Shown here: positions 9,343 to 18,971 of the stretch, piece by piece
How the letters are laid out: every line of letters starts with the position of its first letter
How positions within the stretch are numbered: the first letter of the stretch is position 1
From: Caldisericaceae bacterium
Lineage (GTDB): Bacteria > Caldisericota > Caldisericia > Caldisericales > Caldisericaceae
Length of the DNA stretch: 60,429 nucleotides
Reading direction: 5' to 3'
Assembly (NCBI GenBank): GCA_036574215.1
Contig: JAINCR010000077.1
Span: forward strand, 1 to 60,429
Program-made: the position numbers and the translations under genes
The notes under the pieces: generated by a model
The model's database searches: none
What the model was told of the DNA's origin: nothing
The model's input: only the letters and a program-made list of their open reading frames with translations

Positions 9343-9789
9343 ATGGAGAAGGAAATAGTTGATTTTATAAAAGATATCTTTGAGACTATTGGAGAAACCC
9401 CTACTGTTGAAGTTAAGAAAAAATTTGGTGGCCTGTATCTTAATCTTAGTAATTTAAGTAATAAAGCACTTTACATTGGAAAAGAAGGCTCAGTCCTAAG
9501 ATCACTTCAATACGTAGTAAATGTGTATGCGCACAAAATTGATAGAAATTTGGGAACGATAATACTTGATATAGATGGTTATAAGGATAAACAGTTTGAG
9601 CACTTGAAGACTATGGCAATTGATGCAGCACTTAAGGCAAAGATGTTAAAGGGCCCAGTTGAATTAAAACCTATGTCTGCACAGGCAAGGAGAATCATCC
9701 ATATTACCTTAAAAAACTACCCCGATATTTGGACACATAGTGTAGGTAAAGAGCCAAGAAGAAGAGTTATAGTTGATATTAAAAAGTGA
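9343..9789 (+). CDS. jag: Jag/KhpB RNA-binding protein (KH + R3H, short form)
   Basis: IGKEG KH loop, RRIIH R3H, SVGKEPRRRV; synteny. Confidence 0.88.
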   Translation: MEKEIVDFIKDIFETIGETPTVEVKKKFGGLYLNLSNLSNKALYIGKEGSVLRSLQYVVNVYAHKIDRNLGTIILDIDGYKDKQFEHLKTMAIDAALKAKMLKGPVELKPMSAQARRIIHITLKNYPDIWTHSVGKEPRRRVIVDIKK

Positions 9790-11132
9790 AAGATACAATT
9801 GTTGCAATTGCAACACCCAGAGGATTTGGCGGTATTGGAGCAATAAGACTCTCTGGAAGTGAAGCGCTGAATTTAGTTAAAGCAATTTTTTCGAAGAACA
9901 TAACAAAGCCCCGCTATGCATACTACGGGGCTATTTTTGATCCAAAAAGTAAGACCCCAATTGATACAGGTATTGTTATTTACTATAAAGCACCACATTC
10001 TTACACAGGAGAGGATGTTGTAGAAATATTTCTCCATGGTGGAATTAAAAATCTTGAAATGGTTTTAAATATGCTTATTTCTTTAGGTGTAAGACTTGCA
10101 GAGCGCGGAGAATTCACAAAAAGGGCAGTAGAAAATAAGAAAATGGATATCTTTGAAGCAAGCGCAGTTTTAGAACTCATTGAGGCAAAAACAGAGAAAG
10201 CAGTTTTGCTTGCAGCAAAAAGACTCTTTGGTGCAGTGGGAAGTAAAATCCAAGAAATCAAAAGCAGAATCTTTAGTATTATTTCAGTGATTGAGGCTTC
10301 AATAGACTTTCCTTACGATGTAGAAGAGGTAGATCCCCAATACATAAAAAACGAATTAGAAAAAATTGAGGATGATATTAAGCACCTTTTAGCTTCTTAT
10401 AAAGATGCAAGGGTTGTTTTAAACGGAATAAAAGTTGTAATTGTTGGTAAGCCCAATGTTGGTAAGTCTACACTTCTAAATGATCTTTTAAAATACGAGC
10501 GAGCGATTGTTTCTGAGATTCCAGGCACAACGAGAGATACAATTAAAGAAGTAATAGATTTTTATGGTGTGCCACTTGAAATCATAGATACGGCAGGTAT
10601 AAGAGAAACAAAAGATAAGCTGGAAAAAGCTGGTGTTGAAAGAAGTAAGCAAGCAATAGATGAGGGAGATATTGTGATTTTTGTTTTCGATGGATCAACC
10701 CAAATCGATGAAGATGATCTAAAACTCATTGAAATGACTGCACAGAAGAGGCGCATTATTGTGCTAAATAAAACAGACCTCCCCAAGTTAACAGGCAGAG
10801 AAATGCTATCAAAACTCTTTCCAAGTGATAGAATTATCGAAATTTCTGCGCTTTTAAAAGAAGGAATTGATGATGTTGAAAATGCTCTTAAAGAGATGGT
10901 GTTTAGTTTTGATTTTGAATCAATGCTCATAACAAACCAAATTGAATTTGATTTGTTAAATAGAGTTCTCAAGCATATCAAGGTAGCTAATTCGGTTCTT
11001 GAAAATAATACTCTTGATATTGTTTCAGAAGAGCTTAAAGATGCGATCGAAGAGATTTCATCTGTATCTTTAGAAAACCTATCAAAAGATGTTCTTGACG
11101 GTATATTTTCTAAATTCTGTATAGGAAAATGA
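9786..11132 (+). CDS. mnmE: tRNA modification GTPase
   Basis: DTIVAIATP, GKPNVGKS, GTTRD, DTAG, NKTD, C-terminal FCIGK. Confidence 0.97.
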   Translation: MKDTIVAIATPRGFGGIGAIRLSGSEALNLVKAIFSKNITKPRYAYYGAIFDPKSKTPIDTGIVIYYKAPHSYTGEDVVEIFLHGGIKNLEMVLNMLISLGVRLAERGEFTKRAVENKKMDIFEASAVLELIEAKTEKAVLLAAKRLFGAVGSKIQEIKSRIFSIISVIEASIDFPYDVEEVDPQYIKNELEKIEDDIKHLLASYKDARVVLNGIKVVIVGKPNVGKSTLLNDLLKYERAIVSEIPGTTRDTIKEVIDFYGVPLEIIDTAGIRETKDKLEKAGVERSKQAIDEGDIVIFVFDGSTQIDEDDLKLIEMTAQKRRIIVLNKTDLPKLTGREMLSKLFPSDRIIEISALLKEGIDDVENALKEMVFSFDFESMLITNQIEFDLLNRVLKHIKVANSVLENNTLDIVSEELKDAIEEISSVSLENLSKDVLDGIFSKFCIGK

Positions 11133-11959
11133 ATGGGATTGGAATTATTGGACTTGGAAAGGTAGGAACAAACCTTGCCTTTAATTTCTTAAAAAGGGGT
11201 GCTACTGTTTATGCACATTCAAATAGAGAGATTTCTCAATCTACCCTTGAAAAGATAAAGTCCATTCAGCTTAAAACTGCTTGCGATGTTGTAAAAAACT
11301 CCCATTTTATATTTCTTTCTGTAAAAGACTCTGAGATAAAAACGACTTTTTACGATATCCTTCCCTGTTTAGATAGCACTAAAACGGTTATCATCCTTTC
11401 AGGAGCATTTGATTTAAAAGAGATTAAAAATGGAAAAAATATAATTGTTATAAGAATGCATCCTGTAAGAGCTTTTGTTGACAACGATTTTAGTGACATC
11501 GAGGGCACGCTTTTTGTTGTTGAAGGTGATTCAAAAGAAGTATTAGATATTGTTTCTTTTTTAGGTTGCAAGGCATCCTATATGAAGGAGTTTACCCCAC
11601 TTTACCATGCTTCGCTTACTTTTGCTTCAAACTTTCTTGTAACGTTATTTAACATCTCAAAAGAACTCCTTGAACAAGCACAAATTGAGGAAAGTTTTGA
11701 AGTTATTTACAATCTTATGGAAATAACCCTTAAAAATATTAAAGAAAACTCCGAAGTTTTTGCATTAACAGGCCCTATTGAGAGAAACGACATTGAGACA
11801 GTCAAAAAGCATATAGAAAGCATCCAAGATGAATTGACAAGAGAAATTTATATTCTACTTTCGCTAAAAACTGTTGAAGTTGCAAAAAAGAAGAATCCGT
11901 GTAATAATTATAGTGATTTAACAAATTTCCTTAAGGAGTTGCTATGGAAGAAAAAATGA
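11129..11959 (+). CDS. Rossmann-like/DUF2520 oxidoreductase, probable PanG-type ketopantoate reductase
   Basis: GLGKVG, MHP, YHASLTFASNF, LTGPIERND; directly upstream of panBCD. Confidence 0.8.
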   Translation: MNGIGIIGLGKVGTNLAFNFLKRGATVYAHSNREISQSTLEKIKSIQLKTACDVVKNSHFIFLSVKDSEIKTTFYDILPCLDSTKTVIILSGAFDLKEIKNGKNIIVIRMHPVRAFVDNDFSDIEGTLFVVEGDSKEVLDIVSFLGCKASYMKEFTPLYHASLTFASNFLVTLFNISKELLEQAQIEESFEVIYNLMEITLKNIKENSEVFALTGPIERNDIETVKKHIESIQDELTREIYILLSLKTVEVAKKKNPCNNYSDLTNFLKELLWKKK

Positions 11960-12750
11960 CGGTTCCAAAAATAGTTTCTTTAAAAGGAAAAAGAAAAATA
12001 GTTTCCATTACTGCATACGACTATCTATTTGCGCATATTGTAGATGAAGCAGGTTTTGACTTTATACTTGTAGGAGATTCTGTTGGCACAACTTACCAAG
12101 GGCTTAACTCAACAATTCCTGTCACAATGGAAGAGATGTTATACCATACCCGTATTGTCCGAAGAGGAGTTCAATACTCACTTGTTGTAGGAGATATGCC
12201 ATTCTTATCGTATCAAACCTCCGTTGAAGATGCCATAAGAAATGCAGGTTTATTCTTAAAAAATGGGGCTGATGCTGTGAAGTTAGAGGGAGGCATTCAG
12301 GTTAAAGATACTGTCAAAAAAATGATTTCCTTTGGTATCCCTGTAATGGGGCATGTGGGTCTTACTCCTCAATCATTAAACCTTATGGGTGGCTATAAAA
12401 TTCAAGGAAAGAGCGAAGCCTCAATAAAAAGATTGAAAGAAGATGTAGAAGCGCTTGTTGAAGCAGGAGTTTTTGCAATAGTCCTTGAAGGTATATACGA
12501 AGATGTTGCAAAAGAAATAACAGAAAGTGTTCCTATTCCTACAATTGGCATTGGTGCAGGGGTCCACTGTGATGGTCAGATCCTTGTGATAACTGACTTA
12601 CTTGGATTAGATCCTACTTTTACACCTAAATTCGTTAAAAAATATAGAGATCTTCATAAAGAAGTTTTAACTGCACTTACCGAATTTAAAGAAGATGTCC
12701 TTAACGAAAAATTTCCAGAAGAGGGACACTCTTTTAAACGGAAGGAGTAA
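11944..12750 (+). CDS. panB: 3-methyl-2-oxobutanoate hydroxymethyltransferase
   Basis: TAYDY, LVGDS, VKLEGG, GHVGLTPQ, IGIGAG. Confidence 0.97.
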   Translation: MEEKMTVPKIVSLKGKRKIVSITAYDYLFAHIVDEAGFDFILVGDSVGTTYQGLNSTIPVTMEEMLYHTRIVRRGVQYSLVVGDMPFLSYQTSVEDAIRNAGLFLKNGADAVKLEGGIQVKDTVKKMISFGIPVMGHVGLTPQSLNLMGGYKIQGKSEASIKRLKEDVEALVEAGVFAIVLEGIYEDVAKEITESVPIPTIGIGAGVHCDGQILVITDLLGLDPTFTPKFVKKYRDLHKEVLTALTEFKEDVLNEKFPEEGHSFKRKE

Positions 12751-12753
12751 ATT

Positions 12754-13602
12754 ATGAAAGTTGTAAGAAACATTAAGGAAATGCAAGAGATTTCAAATGG
12801 TCTTATAAAAGTTGGTAAGTCTATAGGTTTTGTTCCAACGATGGGATTTCTCCACGAAGGACATCTTTCCTTGGTAAGAATGGCAAAAGAAGAGAATGAC
12901 ACCGTTGTTGTAAGTATTTTTGTTAATCCACTTCAGTTTGGACCAAGAGAAGATTTCAAAAGTTATCCAAGAGATGAGGAAAGAGATTTAAACCTACTTA
13001 AGGATTTAGCAGATTTTGTTTTCATTCCCGAGGCAAAAGAGATGTACCCTGAGGGTTATTCTACTTATGTGGAGGTTGAAAAACTTACAACAAACCTCTG
13101 CGGCCGGTTTAGACCAGGTCACTTCAAGGGTGTTACAACAGTTGTTCTCAAACTCTTTAACATAGTGAAGCCTACGAGAGCATACTTTGGAAAGAAAGAC
13201 TACCAGCAGTTTAGAGTAATTGAAAGGATGGCATTAGACTTGAATCTTGAAGTTAAAGTTGTTCCGTGTGAAATTTTTAGAGAAAAGAACGGACTTGCAA
13301 TGAGCTCAAGAAACGTATACCTCACAAAAGATGAGTTTGAGGAAGCCTCCATCATATACAAGGCACTTTCTTATGGTAAAGAACTTATCGAAAAAGAAAA
13401 CATTAGGGATCCTAAAGTAGTGATTGATAAAATAAAAGAAATTATCCAAAGTGCAAAATCACTAAAAAAGATCGATTATATCCAAATTGTTGATCCAATT
13501 ACCCTTCAAGATGTTGACAAAATTGAAGGTTCTGTTGTAATATTATTCGCAGGTTATTTTGGTAATGCAAGATTAATTGATAATGTAGAGGTAAACTTAT
13601 GA
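12754..13602 (+). CDS. panC: Pantoate-beta-alanine ligase
   Basis: PTMGFLHEGH, FGKKDYQQ, AMSSRN, RLIDN. Confidence 0.97.
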   Translation: MKVVRNIKEMQEISNGLIKVGKSIGFVPTMGFLHEGHLSLVRMAKEENDTVVVSIFVNPLQFGPREDFKSYPRDEERDLNLLKDLADFVFIPEAKEMYPEGYSTYVEVEKLTTNLCGRFRPGHFKGVTTVVLKLFNIVKPTRAYFGKKDYQQFRVIERMALDLNLEVKVVPCEIFREKNGLAMSSRNVYLTKDEFEEASIIYKALSYGKELIEKENIRDPKVVIDKIKEIIQSAKSLKKIDYIQIVDPITLQDVDKIEGSVVILFAGYFGNARLIDNVEVNL

Positions 13603-13955
13603 TGATTAATTTGTTAAAATCAAAAATACACAGAGCGACTATCACCAACAAAAATATTAACTATGAGGGAAGTATTACTATCGATAGAGCAATCTGTGAA
13701 ATTGCTAACATCTTAGAATTTGAAAAAGTGGACGTATACAATGTCAACAATGGGAAGCGCTTTTCAACTTATGTAATTTTTGGTAAAGACGGTGCAATCG
13801 AGTTAAACGGTGCAGCAGCACGACTTGGAGAAATTGGTGATAAAATTATCATAGTTAGTTATGCTATTTTTGATATGAATGAGGCTAAGTACTACAAGCC
13901 GAAAATTGTTATCCTGGGAGAATCGAATAAGATAAAGGAGGAAATAAATGGATGA
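13599..13955 (+). CDS. panD: Aspartate 1-decarboxylase
   Basis: KSKIHRA, YEGSITID self-cleavage site, NGAAAR. Confidence 0.96.
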   Translation: MMINLLKSKIHRATITNKNINYEGSITIDRAICEIANILEFEKVDVYNVNNGKRFSTYVIFGKDGAIELNGAAARLGEIGDKIIIVSYAIFDMNEAKYYKPKIVILGESNKIKEEING

Positions 13956-15390
13956 TGTAATTGAAAGAGCCTTAATTACAGCAAAGAAGCTTGGTGCAAC
14001 TTATGCAGATGTAAGAATTATCGACCGGACGAAAGAAAATCTGTCCTTAACAAACAGAGAGGTAAAGGTAGCAACAACACGTCATTCAAGAGGTTTTGGT
14101 GTAAGAGTTATTGTAGATGGTGCATGGGGGTTCTTTTCCTCGGTTAATACGGCAGGAGAAGAAGGCGAAAGGGTAGCTAAAATTGCAGTTGAAATTGCAA
14201 AGGCATCTTCTAAAACTAAAATTGAAGATGCAAAACTTAAAGATATTGAAATTTACCAGGATAAAGTCCCTCAGCCAGTGAAAATTGATCCATTTTCAAT
14301 TCCTATGAATAAAAAAATTGCCTTTATGCTTGATCTTGACAAGTTAATGGAAAAAGAAGGTATCATCGTAAGAAACTCATCTATGTATTTTTCAAAAGAG
14401 TGGAAAACTTTTGCATCCCTTGAAGGTGCCTATATTGAGATGGAGCGTATCGTAAGTGGAGCAGGTATTCAGGTAATTGCAACAGATGGAAGGGAAATAC
14501 AAGTAAGGAGTTATCCATCTTCTTTTGGTGGAGATTTTGCAAGGAAAGGCTATGAGTTTATTGAAGAAATGAAACTTTCTGAAAATGCAGAAAGGATAAG
14601 AGATGAAGCTTTACAACTTTTAAAAGCAAAACTTTGCCCAACAGGAAAGATGGATCTTGTCATTGGACCATACCAAATGGCTCTACAACTCCACGAATCT
14701 GTTGGACATCCAACCGAACTTGACAGAGTCCTAGGAGAAGAGGCTTCTTTTGCAGGCACATCATTTTTAACACCTGAAAAACTCAACAATTTTCAGTTTG
14801 GCTCTAAATATGTAAATATCGTAGCAGATGCAACAGATCCCTATGCACTTGGCGGTTTTCCATACGACGATGAAGGGGTAAAAGCAAAAAAGATCTATTT
14901 AGTGAAAGAAGGTATTTTTGTAGGTTATCTTAACTCAAGAGAAACTTCTTATAAACTGGGGCTTGAGTCAATGGGCGCAATGAGAGCAGACTCTTTTAGT
15001 AGAATCCCAATCATAAGGATGACGAGTATCAATCTTGAACCAGGTAATTATACTCTTGAAGAGCTTGTTAGTGGTGTTGATAACGGACTTCTTATTGATG
15101 TAAACAAATCTTGGAGTATAGACCAAAAGAGGTTGAACTTCCAATTTGGAACGGAAATAGGATACGAAATTAAAAATGGTAAGATTCAAGATATGGTAAA
15201 GAATCCTACCTATTCTGGAATAACTTATGAATTTTGGAGAAGTTTAGATGGAGTTGGTAATGAAAGCTACTACCATACACTTGGACTGCCTAACTGTGGT
15301 AAAGGGGAACCAATGCAGGTAATGGAAGTAAGCCATGGTTCAAGTTATGCAAGATTTAGAAATGTAAATGTGGGGGTAAAACATGAATAA
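13948..15390 (+). CDS. tldD: TldD metalloprotease subunit
   Basis: HESVGHPTE (HExxGH), DDEG, CGKG. Confidence 0.92.
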   Translation: MDDVIERALITAKKLGATYADVRIIDRTKENLSLTNREVKVATTRHSRGFGVRVIVDGAWGFFSSVNTAGEEGERVAKIAVEIAKASSKTKIEDAKLKDIEIYQDKVPQPVKIDPFSIPMNKKIAFMLDLDKLMEKEGIIVRNSSMYFSKEWKTFASLEGAYIEMERIVSGAGIQVIATDGREIQVRSYPSSFGGDFARKGYEFIEEMKLSENAERIRDEALQLLKAKLCPTGKMDLVIGPYQMALQLHESVGHPTELDRVLGEEASFAGTSFLTPEKLNNFQFGSKYVNIVADATDPYALGGFPYDDEGVKAKKIYLVKEGIFVGYLNSRETSYKLGLESMGAMRADSFSRIPIIRMTSINLEPGNYTLEELVSGVDNGLLIDVNKSWSIDQKRLNFQFGTEIGYEIKNGKIQDMVKNPTYSGITYEFWRSLDGVGNESYYHTLGLPNCGKGEPMQVMEVSHGSSYARFRNVNVGVKHE

Positions 15391-16711
15391 AGAAGATTTG
15401 TTAGAAGTAGTTAATAAGGCAGTGTCTCTTTCAAAAGCAGATCAAGTTGAGGCTTTGTTGGTGGGTGGAGAATCTTACCTTACAGGTTTTGCAAATAACT
15501 ATATCCACAGAAACGTAGGAGAGGAAACATATGAACTGAGTGTTAGGGTAGTTATTGGGAAGAAGGTTGCTTCGGCTTCGACAACAGATCTTTCTTATGA
15601 ATCAATAAAATCGTGTGTAGAGACAGCAGAAACATTGTGCAAATTTCAAAAGGATAATGAAGAATTTGTTAGCCTCCCAAAGGACAATGGCGAGGAAAAA
15701 TACTTCGAAGAAGTTTATGAATTACCCGATGCAGAAACGCGAGCAGAAATTGTTAAAAAGGTAGTCGATGCATCAAAAAAGCATGACTTAATTTCTTCTG
15801 GTAAGTTTGAAGTTGAAAAATCCCAAATTGCAATTAAAAATTCCTTCGGAATTGAGAAATACGGAGAGAGAACTGTAGCAACATTAAAAAACATAGCCAT
15901 GGGAGATACTTCCTCCGGATTCTCTCAAGAAAGTGCAATGTCTTTTAAGGATATCAATGTAGATAAGATCATTGAGGAAAGTCTTGACACTGCCCTAAAA
16001 GGTAGATCACCAATTTCAATAGACCCTGGTAAATATGAGGTAATTCTTTCACCTTATGCGGTTGAAGAGTTTCTATCTTCAATGAAGTATCTTTCTTTAA
16101 CAGAGAAGAATATAGAAGAGGGAACAAGTTTTATGAAAGGGCATTTCGGAGAAAAAATGTTTAACGATATGATTACCATTTACGATGATGGGAATGATGC
16201 TAATACGATAAAGATGGCTTTTGACTTTGAAGGAATGAAGAAGAAAAGAGTTTACTTTGTTAAAAATGGGGTTATAGAAAATGTTGTAAACGATTCTTTC
16301 TATGCCTATAAATTGGGGAAAGAACCAACTGGACACTCTCTCCCGCAACCAAATGATTTGGGTGCGTATCCCATGAATTTTATTTTTGAAAAAGGCACAT
16401 CTAAACTTGACGATATGATATCTAACGTGGAAAAGGGTTTATTTGTGCAACGTTTTTGGTATACAAACCCAATGGACCCTGTAAATTTAGTTATCACGGG
16501 AATGACAAGAGATGGCCTTTTCCTTATCGAAAACGGAAAGATTACAAAGGGCGTTAAACATATGAGGTTTACAGAAAGTATTATAACAGCACTTAAAAAT
16601 TGTTTGGAAATTTCAGATAATTCTAAGATAATATACGAAGGTGGAACAGTTACTACTGCACCGTATATGAGAATTAAAGATTTTAACTTTTCAAGCGCAA
16701 CCGAATTTTAG
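15383..16711 (+). CDS. pmbA: TldE/PmbA non-catalytic partner
   Basis: TldD/PmbA features (FDFEG, TGMTRDG) without HExxH; follows tldD. Confidence 0.85.
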   Translation: MNKEDLLEVVNKAVSLSKADQVEALLVGGESYLTGFANNYIHRNVGEETYELSVRVVIGKKVASASTTDLSYESIKSCVETAETLCKFQKDNEEFVSLPKDNGEEKYFEEVYELPDAETRAEIVKKVVDASKKHDLISSGKFEVEKSQIAIKNSFGIEKYGERTVATLKNIAMGDTSSGFSQESAMSFKDINVDKIIEESLDTALKGRSPISIDPGKYEVILSPYAVEEFLSSMKYLSLTEKNIEEGTSFMKGHFGEKMFNDMITIYDDGNDANTIKMAFDFEGMKKKRVYFVKNGVIENVVNDSFYAYKLGKEPTGHSLPQPNDLGAYPMNFIFEKGTSKLDDMISNVEKGLFVQRFWYTNPMDPVNLVITGMTRDGLFLIENGKITKGVKHMRFTESIITALKNCLEISDNSKIIYEGGTVTTAPYMRIKDFNFSSATEF

Positions 16712-16720
16712 GAGGTATGT

Positions 16721-17746
16721 ATGAAAAGAATAGGTTTGTTGTGTGATGGTGGAGATGCACCTGGTATAAACACTGCCATTAGAGCAGTTGCAAGGGCAAG
16801 CTTTGAAAGGGAATACGAAGTGCTTGGTTTTATCGATGGTTTTAAAGGTCTTATTGAGAACGACGTGAAAATCATTACAAAAATGTCGGTTTCAGGCATT
16901 TTAACTGTTGGAGGAAGTATACTTGGTATATCAAGATTCAATCCCTACAAAGATCCAAAATATGTAGAAGCAATAAAAGAAAATTTTAAGAGAAACGCTC
17001 TTACCCTTCTTGTAATAATAGGAGATAGGGACACAATCACAATTGCAAAGAAACTTTCTGAAGAAGGAATACCCTCTATTGTAATTCCAAAAACAATTGA
17101 CAACGATATCTATGGAACAGATTATTCAATTGGTTTTGATACGGCGGTTTCAGTAATATCGAGTGCATTGGACAGTCTTCATGCAACTGCATCAGCTCAT
17201 CATAGACTTATGGTTGTTGAAACAATGGGAAGAGAAACTGGCTGGCTTGCTTTGTTCGGTGGTATAACTGGTGGAGCAGATTACATTGTTATACCTGAGG
17301 TGCCTTTTACAATTGAAGAGATTGCAGCACACATCGAGAAGAGAAAGAAAGAGGGCAAAAACTTCAGTATTGTTGTTGTTGCAGAAGGTGTAGTGCTTCC
17401 CGATGAGGATAGAAGCACTTTTGAATATGACGAATTTGGACATAAGGTAAACGCAAAAAGAATGGTTGGCTATAGGCTTGCAAGTAAACTTGAGAATATT
17501 ACACATCTTAAATCAAGGGTAATGGTGCTTGGTTATTTACAGCGTGGTGGTGTGCCAACAATTGCAGACAGACTACTTGCAACACAACTTGGAGTATTTG
17601 CAGTAGATTTGGTTGCTAAAGGAATCTCAAATGTTGTAGTCGGTGTTAATAAAAGTGATCTTGTAACTACTCCCTATGAAGATGCTTTTGATAAAATCCG
17701 TATGGCGGATACCACATACTACGAACTTGCAAGAGTATTCTTCTAA
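16721..17746 (+). CDS. pfkA: PfkA-family 6-phosphofructokinase with atypical donor loop (GDRDT)
   Basis: GGDAPGIN, PKTIDND, MGR, LGYLQRGG; D104/K124 PPi-type signature. Confidence 0.85.
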   Translation: MKRIGLLCDGGDAPGINTAIRAVARASFEREYEVLGFIDGFKGLIENDVKIITKMSVSGILTVGGSILGISRFNPYKDPKYVEAIKENFKRNALTLLVIIGDRDTITIAKKLSEEGIPSIVIPKTIDNDIYGTDYSIGFDTAVSVISSALDSLHATASAHHRLMVVETMGRETGWLALFGGITGGADYIVIPEVPFTIEEIAAHIEKRKKEGKNFSIVVVAEGVVLPDEDRSTFEYDEFGHKVNAKRMVGYRLASKLENITHLKSRVMVLGYLQRGGVPTIADRLLATQLGVFAVDLVAKGISNVVVGVNKSDLVTTPYEDAFDKIRMADTTYYELARVFF

Positions 17747-17748
17747 CG

Positions 17749-18381
17749 ATGCTTGAAGGTTCTTTAAGAGACTTTTCACTTGATGACCTACTACAAATGA
17801 TTTCACTTGGTGGTAAGACCGGTGAACTTCATTTGGAGGGTTTAACTCCTTTTGGAAAAAGAAAAGGCATTATCTACTTTGAGAATGGAGAAGTAAAAGA
17901 TGCCGAAACAGAGGAAACAAGAGGTGAAATTGCAATTTTAGATCTTCTAAACATAAAAGAAGGGACTTTTAGATTTGTTCCAAATGATACTTTGCATGTT
18001 AAGAAAGCAATATCAAAATCCATTCCTGACCTTGTTCTTCTTGCTACCTCAAAATTAGATGAGTGGAACAGAGTTAAATCAAGGGTTGAATCGGTTGATT
18101 CTGTTTTTAAAATGATGACAGATGATATTCCAAACGAAATTCACTTATCCCAAACGGATTGGAAGGTCCTCATGCTACTCCAAAAAGGCATGACAATAAG
18201 GGAGGCAGCCTTAAGACTGAACATGACGGTTTTTGACGTTGCAAAAATTGCATACGGGTTAGCCGCTCTCAAGATTATAAGGGAAGTTGGACAAAAGAAT
18301 CCCGATACAAATGAAGTAAAAGTAAAAACACCTCCAAAGAGCTTCATATTGAGGTTAATCGATAGGATAAGGAGACTTTGA
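17749..18381 (+). CDS. DUF4388 (PATAN-like) domain protein with probable C-terminal winged helix
   Basis: LEGSLRDFSLDDLLQMI..GKTGEL..GIIYFENG..EGTFRF; helix-turn-helix-like tail. Confidence 0.8.
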   Translation: MLEGSLRDFSLDDLLQMISLGGKTGELHLEGLTPFGKRKGIIYFENGEVKDAETEETRGEIAILDLLNIKEGTFRFVPNDTLHVKKAISKSIPDLVLLATSKLDEWNRVKSRVESVDSVFKMMTDDIPNEIHLSQTDWKVLMLLQKGMTIREAALRLNMTVFDVAKIAYGLAALKIIREVGQKNPDTNEVKVKTPPKSFILRLIDRIRRL

Positions 18382-18911
18382 TGAAGCACTATAAAATCGT
18401 GGTGACAGGACCGTTTGCTGCAGGTAAAACAACTTTCATAAAGACAATAACTGAAATTGCACCTGTTGTTACTGAGGCTCCTACAACAAGAGAAGAAGAG
18501 TCTTCAGTTAAAAATTTAACAACAGTTGCAATGGATTTTGGAAGAATTACTGTAGATGACGAGTTTGTCCTACACATCTTTGGAACACCAGGCCAATTCA
18601 GATTTAATTATATGTGGAGCATACTATCAAAAGATGCACTTGGAGTGGTATTGCTTGTAGATTCAGGCGATAAGTCTGTTTTTGAAGAAGCAAAGGACAT
18701 GCTAAACTTCTTCAGAGTTAAAACTGATGCACCAATTGTTATTGCATTAAACCACTTTAACGAAAAAGAGCATACAACAGGGGAAGAACTGCGTAAAATT
18801 ATGATGGTTCCTGATAGTATCCCCATAATTAATTGTGATGCAACAAATAAAGAAAGCGTAAAAAATGTGCTCCTAAAGTTGTTAGAATTAATTTTGGAGA
18901 ACGAAGCATAG
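18378..18911 (+). CDS. MglA/CvnD-like small GTPase (ATP_bind_1 family)
   Basis: GPFAAGKT, TTVAMDFG, GTPGQ.RF, CDA. Confidence 0.88.
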   Translation: MMKHYKIVVTGPFAAGKTTFIKTITEIAPVVTEAPTTREEESSVKNLTTVAMDFGRITVDDEFVLHIFGTPGQFRFNYMWSILSKDALGVVLLVDSGDKSVFEEAKDMLNFFRVKTDAPIVIALNHFNEKEHTTGEELRKIMMVPDSIPIINCDATNKESVKNVLLKLLELILENEA

Positions 18912-18971
18912 TTTTTAATTTTTTTTAATATAATATATTTACCCTACTAAGGGAAGGAGGTAAAAAAAAGT

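Noticed and set aside
13948-16711. TldD/E as part of a RiPP (microcin) cluster
   Set aside because: No precursor peptide, YcaO or radical-SAM gene nearby
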